This document shows positions 19,431 to 28,951 of a stretch of DNA of 64,000 bases, piece by piece. Within the stretch, counting starts at the first letter, position 1. The number at the start of each line of letters is the position of its first letter. A program made the position numbers and the translations under genes. Source of the DNA: Chloroflexota bacterium (GTDB lineage Bacteria; Chloroflexota; UBA11872; VXOZ01); the NCBI GenBank assembly GCA_965261635.1, contig OZ253463.1:555879-619878 (forward strand), given 5' to 3'. The notes beneath the pieces are model-generated. The model searched no databases and was not told the origin of the DNA. It saw only the letters and a program-made list of their open reading frames with translations.

Positions 19431-19762
19431 TGGAGTACAAGGGCTACGTTGCCACAGTCGAATTCGATGATTCTGTCGGCTTGCTGCACGGCAGAGTTGT
19501 GAATAGTGGCGACTATCCCGTCGCTACCTTCGAGGCAGCGGATGTGGCAGGGCTGCGTGCCGAGTTCCGCCTATCTGTGGACGAATACCTTAGTGCGTGT
19601 CAAGAAGCAGGAATCGAGCCCCGGCCGCCGTTCTCCGGCAAGCTCAATCTGCGGCTCGGATCGGACCTGCATCAGCGCGTGGCGGTCACAGCGCTGCAGA
19701 GCGGCATGAGCATCAACGAGTGGATCAAGCACGTGCTTACAGAGAACGTGCAGAGCGCATGA
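19427..19762 (+). CDS. hicB: HicB-family antitoxin
   Basis: YKGYVATVEFDDSVGLLHGRVVN...DEYLSACQEAGIEPRPPFSGKLNLRLGSDLHQRVAVTALQSGMSINEWIKHVL: canonical HicB N-domain + RHH-like tail. Confidence 0.8.
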   Translation: MMEYKGYVATVEFDDSVGLLHGRVVNSGDYPVATFEAADVAGLRAEFRLSVDEYLSACQEAGIEPRPPFSGKLNLRLGSDLHQRVAVTALQSGMSINEWIKHVLTENVQSA

Positions 19763-19847
19763 ATGCACGGGCAAGTCTGCATCTGCGGTCACTTGGCGCG
19801 TGAATCTTAGGGCAAGTCAGCGAACCGGGTTGCGCTGGTGGGATGCT

Positions 19848-20213
19848 CTATGAAGCGGCTGGGAGAGCGCCTTTCGCCACGTTGGCGAGCTCGGCAAACG
19901 CTGCGCTGTCTTGGACGGCGAGGTCTGCCAGCATCTTGCGGTCCAGGGTAACGTTGGCTTCGCTGAGGCCGTGTATGAAGGCGCTGTAGGTGAGTCCGTT
20001 TTGGCGCGCGGCGGCGTTGATACGGACGATCCACAGGCGGCGCATTTCGCGCTTGCGGGTACGGCGGTGGCGGTAGGCAAACGCCATGCCGCGCATCACG
20101 GCTTCATTGGCGGTCTTGAAGAGGCGATGTCGGCCGCCCCAGTAACCTGAAGCGCGCTTGAGGACTTTCTTGTGGCGTTTGTGCGATGTTACGCCGCGTT
20201 TTACTCGGGGCAT
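19848..20213 (-). CDS. rplT: 50S ribosomal protein L20
   Basis: [28 protein letters not shown]... near-universal L20 N-terminus. Confidence 0.9.
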   Translation of the reverse strand: MPRVKRGVTSHKRHKKVLKRASGYWGGRHRLFKTANEAVMRGMAFAYRHRRTRKREMRRLWIVRINAAARQNGLTYSAFIHGLSEANVTLDRKMLADLAVQDSAAFAELANVAKGALPAAS

Positions 20214-20328
20214 GGTCTCTCTACTCTTTGGTGTTCGCTACGTTTCTTCTCTGTCGAATTCTAGCGTAAACGGCGGGGGTCAAGCCCCCGCGCTACATCG
20301 AACTTACCTACGGCAACGAGCAATCTTC

Positions 20329-20535
20329 TTACTTGATACCAGCGCCGGGAAGGAGTTTCTTGACGCGCTTCCTTTCGCCGTCGGGAGATTCGAAATAGTG
20401 CGCCGTAGTACGCAGCGTGCGCGGCTTCTTCTTGCGGCGCAAATGGTTCATGCTCCCTTTAGGCCGCATCAGCTTGCCGGTGCCGCTGACCTTGAACCGC
20501 TTGCGCGTGCTCTTATGCGTCTTCATCTTAGGCAC
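20329..20535 (-). CDS. rpmI: 50S ribosomal protein L35
   Basis: A GTG start gives MPKMKTHKSTRKRFKVSGTGK..., the consensus L35 N-terminus; GAGAGG 10 nt upstream. Confidence 0.85.
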   Translation of the reverse strand: MPKMKTHKSTRKRFKVSGTGKLMRPKGSMNHLRRKKKPRTLRTTAHYFESPDGERKRVKKLLPGAGIK

Positions 20536-20685
20536 GAGTCTATCGCCTCTCTTCATTTAGAGGAATCGAGTGCTATGGTATCATACACGGAGCGGCGCGC
20601 ACAACCTGCGAGAGATTCGCGCACGCCGGGCAAGCCCACTGAGAAAGGCGCCACGCCCCGTCAGGAAGTTGGGTGAGTCGCGGTG

Positions 20686-20718
20686 AAGATGGATTCCCGC
20701 GAAAGCGGGAATGACGGA
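20686..20718. repeat. REP-like element family a: GAAGATGGATTCCCGC-n4-GCGGGAATGACGG
   Basis: Near-identical copies at 27944-27976, 28164-28196 and 43780-43812 (loop gaaa/ctgc/ttgc). Confidence 0.5.
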
Positions 20719-20827
20719 CTGTGTGCTCTCGGTCTTGATGATAGGTCTCAGCATGTTTGCCTGGATTCCACATCTTCTCCATTCATTCCCCGATGTACTT
20801 GTGTCAGCCTGATTCTGGAGAATTGGC

Positions 20828-22819
20828 ATGCCTCCGTTTCAAATGGTAACAGACCTAGCGCCGCGCGGTGACCAGCCCCAGGCGATTGACCAACTGGTCA
20901 GCGGGTGCCATGCCGAATACCCGTTCCAGACCCTTCTCGGCGTTACCGGTTCCGGTAAGACTCTCACCATGGCCCGGGTTATCCAAGCGATTCAGAGGCC
21001 GGCGCTTGTTCTTGCCCCCAACAAGACCCTGGCCGCGCAGCTTTTTTCTGAGTTTCGAGACTTCTTTCCGGAAAACGCGGTCGAGTACTTCGTCTCCTAC
21101 TACGATTACTACCAGCCCGAGGCGTACCTCCCGCGCACGGATACGTACATCGAGAAGGACTCGAACATCAACGAGGAGGTAGAGAAGCTCCGGCTCTCGG
21201 CCACACGGTCTCTCATGGAGCGGCCGGATGTCATCATCGTCGCGAGCGTCTCCTGTATCTACGGCATGGGCTCGCCCCACGACTACGGGCAAGTGGTCGT
21301 ACCGCTGAACGTTGGCGAGCAGTACCGCCGCCAGAACGTGTTGCGGCATCTGAACGACATCCAGTACGAGCGCAATAACGTCGACTTCAAGCGTGGCACG
21401 TATCGGGTGAAGGGCGACGTACTCGATATATTCCCGGCGTATGGCGACACGGCGATACGCATAGACTTCTTTGGCGACGAAGTGGACCGCATCATCGAGA
21501 TCGATCCGCTTACCGGTGAGATTCTGGATACGCGGCAAGCGATCAATATCTATCCGGCGAGCCACTTCGTGACGCCGGTGGAGCGCATTGAAGAGGCCAT
21601 CAAGAGCATCGAGACGGAGCTCGACGAGCACGTCGCCGTGTTGCAAAGCGAGGGTAAGCTGCTCGAAACGCAGCGCCTGCTTCAACGCACCCGGTTCGAC
21701 CTGGAGATGCTGCGCGAGACCGGCCACTGCAAGGGCATCGAGAACTATAGCCGCCATCTCGACGGGCGTAACGCCGGTGATCCCTCGTGGACGCTGCTGG
21801 ACTATTTTCCCAAAGACTTCCTCATGTTCATCGATGAGTCCCACGTCGCCGTGCCGCAACTGCGCGGCATGCACGCCGGGGACCGCTCGCGTAAGCAGGT
21901 GCTGGTGGATTACGGATTCCGTTTGCCCAGCGCGCTCGATAACCGCCCGCTCATGTTTCAGGAGCTAGAGCAGCGTCTCAACCAGGTGATCTTCGTTTCC
22001 GCGACGCCCAATATGTACGAACGCGAACGGAGCAGCCAGGTGGTGGAGCAGATCATCCGCCCCACCGGTCTGGTGGACCCATCGATTGAAATTCAACCGA
22101 CTACCGGTCAGATCGACCATCTCGTCAGTCAGATTCGTCAGCGGGTGGCGCAGCACGAGCGCGTATTGGTGACGACGCTGACAAAGCGCATGGCGGAGCA
22201 ACTTGCCGATTACCTCAACGAAATCGGCATCAAGGTGCACTATCTGCACTCGGAGATCGATACCCTGGAGCGTGTGGAAATTCTGCGCGACCTCCGGCTG
22301 GGCGTGTACGACGTGGTGGTGGGCATCAACCTGCTGCGTGAAGGCCTAGACTTGCCGGAAGTATCGCTGGTGGCGATTCTGGATGCGGATAAAGAAGGCT
22401 ACCTGCGCAGCGAGACCTCGCTGGTGCAGACCATCGGTCGCGCGGCGCGTCACATCAACGGCCATGTGGTCCTCTACGCCGATGTGGTGACCAATTCCAT
22501 GCGCCGCGCCATCGACGAAACCTACCGCCGCCGCGATAGGCAGCTTGCCCACAACGATCAACACGGCATTAAGCCGGAGAGCGTGCACAAGGCGATTCGC
22601 GACATTACCGATACCATTCGCGCCGTAGCGGAAGAGGAATCGAGCTACCAGGCGGAAAATAAGCCGCTCTCGGCCAAAGAGGCGCTGAAGCTCATCAAGG
22701 AGCTTGAGAAACAGATGCGCAAGGCGGCGAGAGAGCTGGACTTCGAGCGCGCCGCGCTCGTCCGCGATCAAATCCGCGAAATCCGCGCCGGCCAGCAGGA
22801 AGTGATAACAGTCGAGTAG
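20828..22819 (+). CDS. uvrB: excinuclease ABC subunit B
   Basis: 663 aa; GVTGSGKT Walker A, helicase motifs, and a C-terminal UvrB/UvrC interaction coiled coil ([12 protein letters not shown]). Confidence 0.95.
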   Translation: MPPFQMVTDLAPRGDQPQAIDQLVSGCHAEYPFQTLLGVTGSGKTLTMARVIQAIQRPALVLAPNKTLAAQLFSEFRDFFPENAVEYFVSYYDYYQPEAYLPRTDTYIEKDSNINEEVEKLRLSATRSLMERPDVIIVASVSCIYGMGSPHDYGQVVVPLNVGEQYRRQNVLRHLNDIQYERNNVDFKRGTYRVKGDVLDIFPAYGDTAIRIDFFGDEVDRIIEIDPLTGEILDTRQAINIYPASHFVTPVERIEEAIKSIETELDEHVAVLQSEGKLLETQRLLQRTRFDLEMLRETGHCKGIENYSRHLDGRNAGDPSWTLLDYFPKDFLMFIDESHVAVPQLRGMHAGDRSRKQVLVDYGFRLPSALDNRPLMFQELEQRLNQVIFVSATPNMYERERSSQVVEQIIRPTGLVDPSIEIQPTTGQIDHLVSQIRQRVAQHERVLVTTLTKRMAEQLADYLNEIGIKVHYLHSEIDTLERVEILRDLRLGVYDVVVGINLLREGLDLPEVSLVAILDADKEGYLRSETSLVQTIGRAARHINGHVVLYADVVTNSMRRAIDETYRRRDRQLAHNDQHGIKPESVHKAIRDITDTIRAVAEEESSYQAENKPLSAKEALKLIKELEKQMRKAARELDFERAALVRDQIREIRAGQQEVITVE

Positions 22820-23054
22820 GCCGACCCAGGTTAGGGTAAGGGTTGAACTGCTAGCTTCAAAAGCACGGGCAGTGATCGGGCACGACAAGTTGAACCCCTA
22901 CGTCTGACCAACTTGCTAACCGCATGCTCCAGGACTTCGACTCCGCTTTGCTCGGCTGGTAGTCGGGATGCGCGATCTCTACTTTGCGCGGCGCCGGCTT
23001 GTCCGTCATGGCTTCCCTCCGAGGTGTTCTGTGAGGGGAATCATATGGTGACTA

Positions 23055-25916
23055 CTAAACGTGGGTAGCCGCGCCGCCGTTGAGCGCCAGCAACTCGCGG
23101 AGAACGTCGTTGTCCGAGATGTCCGCCGGCCAACCGTACGCGGCAGCCACAGCGGCGTCAAGGGCTTCGTGTGCGTCGGCGAGCCATTGCGGGCGGGCGT
23201 TGTAGAGGTTCGTCAGCGTGCGTTTCTTGAGCGCCTTCGCTGCCGCCTCGTCGCGAGGAACGGGCCGCTTCGGATAGCCGGGAACCGGCTCGTCGACCCA
23301 CTCTACCCATTCGGGCGGGTTGAGCCAGCGGTCGCGCAGCTCGACGAGGCATCGGGCGGCGTCCGCAATGGCAATCGCACGCGGGTCGGAAGCGTATTCG
23401 GTCGCGGGCACGTCCGGCGTCAGGCCGGGCGGGAACGGGAACGTCTCGAAGGTGGTTGTCGGCGTGTAGCGGGGCCGGTTTTCCAAACTCGTCCCGAGCC
23501 GGAGCGACCAGGCTTCGTGGAACCGGCTGTGCAGGATCCCAAACGTCGTGTCGTCATCGCGGCCCATAACGATCAGCGCATGATCGGGACAGATGCGCGA
23601 GTCACACCAGACGAACAGCCGGTGCTTGGCGACGGCTGGCGTCGCGATGTATCGCGACAGGCCGTTGAGTGCTGCCCACATACTCGGCCGCGGCTCGACG
23701 TGCCTCCACCAGTACTTCCGATAGGCTTCACGGCGGTTCTTCTGGCGCATCGGGTAAACGTGCTCCCTCGTCCAACGGAACGGCTCTTCGTACAACGCCG
23801 CCTGACCCACTGTCATCGTCCACCCGAAGTCGACGATCCACTTGCCTGCTGGCCGCCGGGACAGGTCCATCCCGTTCACCCATGGCTTCAGAACGTCAGC
23901 GTTCGTCCGGCCGTTCGGGTTCGCCGGCAGACGGAGCCACTCACGCGCCAGATCGCCCGCGATGTCGAAGGGACCGCCCTTCGTGTCGGCCATGAACGCC
24001 ACGCCAGCGTTCTCAGCAAGACGAGGGACGTTCGTCAGGTCGACGCCGACACCGTCGCGCCGCGCCGTCAGGTCTGCGTAGATCTCGTCGACCGCCGCAC
24101 CGTCGAGCCGCGTGCCGGCCACGGACTCGTCGCCGGCACGCGAGAAGCAGACCAGCGACACCCGCACCGCCGCCCCGTCGATTACCCACGGCTCGTCGCT
24201 CCATGCCTCGAATATCCGCCGATTGTCCGTCGCGGCCTGCAGCGCACGGCGGTTCGCGCCGCCTCGGATAGAGTTGGTCGCGACAAGCCCGGCCCGGTTT
24301 GCCTTGCCGGATGCGATCTGCTGGCCCGCTTTCTCGAACCAGTAGCAGACGAGGTCCGCTTCCGCCGGCACGCGGCCGGCGTAGGTCGCGAACATCCGCG
24401 ACACGTAGTCCTCGCCCAAGTTGGCGATCAAGAGCTTGCCACCCAGGAACGGCGGATTGCCGATTACCACGTCCGCTGCTTGCCAGTCCGGTTCGGTGTT
24501 GTCCGGTGTCAGGATCGCGTCGCGGCACTCGATGGTGTCGAGCGGCTTGAGGATCGGATCGCGCGCCTCCGAAAATCCGTTGCGCCGCATCCATTGGATC
24601 TCGCCGATCCAAACCGACACGCGGGCCAACTCTGCGGCGTAGGGGTTGATCTCGATGCCCTTGACGTTGGCCGGGCCGGTCCCCGGGAACGCGCGCTGGA
24701 AGCCGAGCGCCTCCGCCTCGACCTGCACCCGGTGCTCCAGGTCCTTGAGCGCCTGCAAGGCCAGATATAGGAAGTTGCCGGAGCCGCATGCCGGGTCGAG
24801 CACCGTGAACGCCCGTAGCCGGTTGAGGAACGTCCGGTACCGCCGCTCGGCTTCGTTCCGCCGGTTCGTGCGAGTGGAGGGTGACTTGGCGGCATCCGCA
24901 CGTTCCAGCTCGGCGGCGATCTCGGCCTTCTCCGCGGCCCATTCGGCAAGCCACGGGCGGATCACCACCGGCTCGACGATCAGCATGATCTTGTCGCGGT
25001 CGGTGTAGTGCGCCCCAAGCTGGGCGCGCTTGCCGGGGTCCAGCCCGCGCTCAAAGAGCGTGCCGAGAATCGACGGGTCGATCTCGGACCAATCGAGGCG
25101 CGACGCCGCCAGCACGGTGTCAATGTCGGACTTCTCCAGAGGCAACGCCGTGTCGTCGTCGAACAGCCCACCGTTGAACCACTCGACCGTCTCGAAGCCG
25201 ACGCGTCCACCAGAGGCCATCACCCGGAAGAGATCGCCGGCAAGGTCGGCGAATTGCGCCGGGGTGCGCCGCGCCTGCTCCAGCATTCGCGTGAACATGT
25301 GGCCGGGCAGCAGGCCCACATCGTCGGCGAACATGCAGAAGACGAGCCGGTTGACGAAATGCGCAACTGCGCGCGGGTCGTGTCCGCGCTCCCGTAGCGC
25401 CTGCGCGACCGCCGCGAAGGACTGCGCCGCCTTTTCGGTGAGCGCTTGCCGCGTCTCACCTGGTCGCAACCGCTCCGGGTCCGAGAACGCCCACTTGAGC
25501 TTGTCGCGTGTCGCGGCGTCAGCCAGGTCGTCCAGGCCGAACTCGTAGGTTCTGCTGACGCTGTTCGTCCAGTTGGTGCGGATGCGGAACCGCAGCATGT
25601 CGGAGACGATCAGCAGCGGCGGGTTCTCCAGCGCCAGCGAGTACTGACGGAGCTGGTCGAAGGCCGCGTCGAGGTCCTTCCGCTGCCCCTTGTACTCCCA
25701 AGCGAAATGATGGCGCTTCCAGACATCGGCCCAGCCGTCCCCGCCGGTGTCCTTGCGAGCCCCCCGCTCGAAGCAGTACGTCTCGCCGGTCGGGTCGACG
25801 TCAGCGGGTTTGGGTTCGCCCAGCAACTCGCAGAGGTCGAGGAAATGTTGCTGCGATGCTGAGCGCTCCGTCAGCGTGGAGGCTCGCCACTTGTAGATGA
25901 ACTCGTACGGTGTCAT
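23055..25916 (-). CDS. MmeI-family Type IIL restriction-modification enzyme (fused PD-ExK endonuclease + gamma-class N6A MTase + TRD)
   Basis: 953 aa. N-terminal ADVWKRHHFAWEYK aligns with MmeI VDLFWPGILLIEMK (catalytic D/E/K conserved). LGAHYTDRDKIMLIVEPV, TVLDPACGSGNFL (motif I) and VIGNPPFLGGK (NPPF motif IV) match MmeI. Confidence 0.75.
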   Translation of the reverse strand: MTPYEFIYKWRASTLTERSASQQHFLDLCELLGEPKPADVDPTGETYCFERGARKDTGGDGWADVWKRHHFAWEYKGQRKDLDAAFDQLRQYSLALENPPLLIVSDMLRFRIRTNWTNSVSRTYEFGLDDLADAATRDKLKWAFSDPERLRPGETRQALTEKAAQSFAAVAQALRERGHDPRAVAHFVNRLVFCMFADDVGLLPGHMFTRMLEQARRTPAQFADLAGDLFRVMASGGRVGFETVEWFNGGLFDDDTALPLEKSDIDTVLAASRLDWSEIDPSILGTLFERGLDPGKRAQLGAHYTDRDKIMLIVEPVVIRPWLAEWAAEKAEIAAELERADAAKSPSTRTNRRNEAERRYRTFLNRLRAFTVLDPACGSGNFLYLALQALKDLEHRVQVEAEALGFQRAFPGTGPANVKGIEINPYAAELARVSVWIGEIQWMRRNGFSEARDPILKPLDTIECRDAILTPDNTEPDWQAADVVIGNPPFLGGKLLIANLGEDYVSRMFATYAGRVPAEADLVCYWFEKAGQQIASGKANRAGLVATNSIRGGANRRALQAATDNRRIFEAWSDEPWVIDGAAVRVSLVCFSRAGDESVAGTRLDGAAVDEIYADLTARRDGVGVDLTNVPRLAENAGVAFMADTKGGPFDIAGDLAREWLRLPANPNGRTNADVLKPWVNGMDLSRRPAGKWIVDFGWTMTVGQAALYEEPFRWTREHVYPMRQKNRREAYRKYWWRHVEPRPSMWAALNGLSRYIATPAVAKHRLFVWCDSRICPDHALIVMGRDDDTTFGILHSRFHEAWSLRLGTSLENRPRYTPTTTFETFPFPPGLTPDVPATEYASDPRAIAIADAARCLVELRDRWLNPPEWVEWVDEPVPGYPKRPVPRDEAAAKALKKRTLTNLYNARPQWLADAHEALDAAVAAAYGWPADISDNDVLRELLALNGGAATHV

Positions 25917-26470
25917 GCGCGCGCCCCGGATGCCGGCCCATTGTCCGCGATCAGCTCTCGGTAACGCAGCCGCTTTCCGCCCATGTAGGTCTCATCGGCT
26001 TCCAACGGGCCGGCAAACGCGTTCTGCCGCTCGGTCAGCGCGACTCGAAGCCGGTGCGCAAGGTACCATACGCTGCGCTGGTTAATGTTCAAGTCCCGGT
26101 GCAGCTTCATGCTGCTGACCGATTTGAGGTCCGTCGAAAGCAGGAAGGTGGCAATCATCCAGGCTTGGAAACCGAGCTTGGAACCTTCCATGACCGTGCC
26201 GGTCTTCGCGCTGAACCGTTTGGCGCATTCCTTCTCCCGGCACCGAAACGGCATGGTCTTGTGCTTCGCGCCAGTCTGCACATTCAGAGAGCCGCAATGC
26301 GGACAGGCAATGCCGTTCGGCCAACGGCGTTCGATGAACCACGCTTCAGCGGTCATGTCGTCCGGGAATCGGCGGGACTGTTCGACCATGCTGATGCCGG
26401 TGCGGTGGGATTTGCCGGGAGCCTTGCGGGACATGTCATATACTCCTGAACTTGAAGGATAACACAGCAT
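25913..26470 (-). pseudogene. IS1595-family (ISXO2-like) transposase, N-terminal fragment truncated at the start of the DDE domain
   Basis: CPHCGS...FRCREKEC zinc ribbon, ...SVWYLAHRLR..., ending at ADETYMGGK (first catalytic D region); stop overlaps the ATG of the MmeI-like gene (ATGA). Confidence 0.6.
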
Positions 26471-26617
26471 AGTGCCGAAAGTGAGTTAAGAACTTTCTTA
26501 CATAATCTCCTGTTCAAAGCTCAAGGCGGTGAGGATTGAACCGCACTGCACTTAATGCAGTATCATCAAGAAACCAGGACGAAAAACTGCGGCGAGGCAC
26601 GCGAGAGGGCAAATAAG

Positions 26618-27748
26618 ATGAGCAAGAAGGTTTTCGACGCCGAAGATATCGCAGCGGTGACGCGGGTGCTGGAGTCCGGCGTGCTCGGCGCCGGCACGGA
26701 GGTAGCGGCGCTGGAGCAGGAGTTTGCGGCGGCGTTGGGAGCGAATCATGGGATCGCCTGCAATGCGGCCATGGGTGGGCTGCACGCGGCACTGCTGGCG
26801 GTTGGCGTAGGGGCCGGCGATGAGGTGGTATGCTGCGATCCGATGGTGCTCTTTGGCGGCCTGGCGGTCCTGTACACGGGCGCCATGCCCGTGTTTGCCG
26901 ACGTGGATGAGCATACCCACAATATGGATCCCGCCTCGCTGGTAGAACGCATCACGCCGCGCACGAAAGCCATCGTCGTAACCCACCACTGGGGCGAACC
27001 GGCAGACATGGAGGGCATCCTGGCGGTAGCAAACACCCATAAGCTGCCGGTGATCGAAGATTGTGCGCACGCCCTCTTTGGCGAGTGGCGCGGGCGCAGC
27101 ACGGGTACGCTCGGCGCAGTCGGCGTCTTCAGCTTCAATTCCTCGAAGCACGTTAGCACCGGCGACGGCGGCATGGCCGTGACCAATGACGCCTATCTCA
27201 ACGAGCAAATGCGCGCCATTATCACGTTTGGCGCGGCGCCCGTACGCGTGGCCAACAACTACCGCATGACCGAACTCACCGCCGCCGTGGCGCGCGTGCA
27301 GATGCGTCGCGCTCGCGGCTACGTGGCAGAGGATCGCGCCAGCGCCCAACTCTATGCGAATGCGGTGGAAGGCTGCGCCTGGCTGCGTCCGCAGCTGGCC
27401 GGCGCACACAACGTTCACTCCTACCATCTTTGGGTGGCAGCCTTCTCGCCCCAGCCGGGTGGTCCTTCCTTGGAGGATTTCAAGGCGGCGTGCGCTGCAG
27501 AAAAAGCCGCGTTTAGTTTTGGCTACGTCGGCGTACCGGCCTACTTGCATCCCGTATTTAGTTTGGGTGGGTCTTTCGGCGTGAGTCGCGACCCGCAGTC
27601 GCAGCCGCTCCCGTATCGTCGGGGTTGGTGCCCGGTGGCGGAGTCCCTGATGCCGCGCCTGATGATCACCGGCATCAGCGCCCGTGACCAGGACTTCCAC
27701 CGCCAAAACGCCGCCGCGCTCCGAAGGGCGATTCAGAGACTGTCTTGA
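26618..27748 (+). CDS. DegT/DnrJ/EryC1/StrS family PLP-dependent sugar aminotransferase
   Basis: MSKKVFDAEDIAAVTRVLESGVL..., FSFNSSKHVSTGDGGMAVTND (PLP Lys). Confidence 0.8.
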   Translation: MSKKVFDAEDIAAVTRVLESGVLGAGTEVAALEQEFAAALGANHGIACNAAMGGLHAALLAVGVGAGDEVVCCDPMVLFGGLAVLYTGAMPVFADVDEHTHNMDPASLVERITPRTKAIVVTHHWGEPADMEGILAVANTHKLPVIEDCAHALFGEWRGRSTGTLGAVGVFSFNSSKHVSTGDGGMAVTNDAYLNEQMRAIITFGAAPVRVANNYRMTELTAAVARVQMRRARGYVAEDRASAQLYANAVEGCAWLRPQLAGAHNVHSYHLWVAAFSPQPGGPSLEDFKAACAAEKAAFSFGYVGVPAYLHPVFSLGGSFGVSRDPQSQPLPYRRGWCPVAESLMPRLMITGISARDQDFHRQNAAALRRAIQRLS

Positions 27749-27787
27749 AAGATACCCTCTCGTTTTGGCATGAGGTGTTTGACAAGA

Positions 27788-28200
27788 AATGTCATTCCGA
27801 GCGCGCCGCAGCCCTGTGCTTGACACGGGGGAGGAATCTGGAGCCTGTGCCCCTCAATGCTTCGCTGCTGGGTTGCTCCGAATAGGAGCTTGCCGGTAGG
27901 GCGGGGGCTAGTCCCCCGCTGGATCGGAACCACGGAATCAAGAGAAGATGGATTCCCGCCTGCGCGGGAATGACGGGCTGATGGCGGGAGTGTATGTGTT
28001 GAGTGATTCGTTGACAGAATCCCCTTCCCACTTAGCAGTGTGGACAGTTCATGTCATTCCGAGCGAAGCGAGGAATCTAAAGCCTATGCCTCTCAATGCT
28101 TCGCCGCTAGGTTCCTCCGAATCGGAGTTTGTCCCCCGCTGGATCGGAACCACGAAATCAAGTGAAGATGGATTCCCGCGAAAGCGGGAATGACGGATGA
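27788..28200. repeat. composite tandem repeat: two ~260-bp units each combining a GTCATTCCGAGCG-n-GAGGAATC hairpin and a family-a REP
   Basis: Unit 1 ~27791-28050, unit 2 ~28051-28200, ~85% identical over aligned parts; intergenic between DegT and GYD genes. Spurious ORFs across it translate to the characteristic VIPAQAGIH / MDSRLRGNDG peptides. Confidence 0.6.
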
Positions 28201-28543
28201 GGCGGATCTTCCAGCCGACCTCTCAAGTAGCTAGCGCGACAACTGAATTCATCCAAAGCAGAAGTCACCGTATCGGAGTCGTGCAGATTATTCGAATGTC
28301 GTTGGTCCCCTATTGCCGCTACAGCGGTGCATGGCGGAGCCGAATGGATATACTAAAGGCGGACCGTTAGCAGGGTGGGTCGGGGAGTCTTGGTTTCTTA
28401 CATCATTGCTGCCTATGGGCCGTAGGATTCATCGGTTCCCAAATACGTAGTTTCGGGGTAACCTGCAGGGGAGAGTGAGCCCGTGTGCGAGTTTTCAAGC
28501 GCGCTTAGCGCTGACATTGCAAAACAGAAAGGAACGGTGCGCA

Positions 28544-28888
28544 ATGCCTGTGTTCATGTCACAGTTTTCCTACACGACGGAAACCTGGAAGCAATTGGCC
28601 GATAATCCGGAAGACCGGAGCGACGCTATCGAGCCGCTCCTGGAAAGCCTCGGCGGCCGGCTGATCGCGGTGTACTATGCCTTTGGCGACTATGATGGGG
28701 TTGTCATCTTCGAAGCGCCCGACGGCGCCACCGCGGCGGCTGCGGTCATAGCCGCCATTGCGCCGGGGCACGTCAAGTCGGTCAAGACGACGCCGCTGCT
28801 CACGGTGGATGAGATGCAAGCCGCGCTGAGCAAGACCAAGATAGTAGGCGAAAGAACATCGTATGATCGGCCCGGCGGGTCTGGGTAA
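28544..28888 (+). CDS. GYD-domain protein
   Basis: MPVFMSQFSYTTETW...YYAFGDYDGVVIFEAPD; GAAAGGAA RBS 7 nt upstream. Confidence 0.7.
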   Translation: MPVFMSQFSYTTETWKQLADNPEDRSDAIEPLLESLGGRLIAVYYAFGDYDGVVIFEAPDGATAAAAVIAAIAPGHVKSVKTTPLLTVDEMQAALSKTKIVGERTSYDRPGGSG

Positions 28889-28951
28889 ACGCGGGCCGAC
28901 GGGACACTGTGGCACAAATGTTTTAGGCAGACAAGGACAAGAGGAATAGGC

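Noticed and set aside
20855-21874. 339-aa minus-strand ORF
   Set aside because: Antisense to uvrB.
23061-24954. 569-aa + strand ORF and 313-aa alternate-frame minus ORF
   Set aside because: Inside or antisense to the MmeI-family gene; Arg-rich low-complexity translations.
26552-27826. 424-aa minus-strand ORF
   Set aside because: Antisense to the DegT aminotransferase; also runs through the REP cluster.
27792-28193. Small ORFs translating to VIPAQAGIH... and MDSRLRGNDG...
   Set aside because: Classic spurious translations of REP hairpins; the same peptides recur at every copy of the element.
27788-28200. Possible CRISPR array because of regularly spaced palindromic repeats
   Set aside because: Only two large (~260-bp) units, repeats are palindromic hairpins of REP type, and there is no spacer/repeat periodicity of 25-40 bp; no cas genes nearby.
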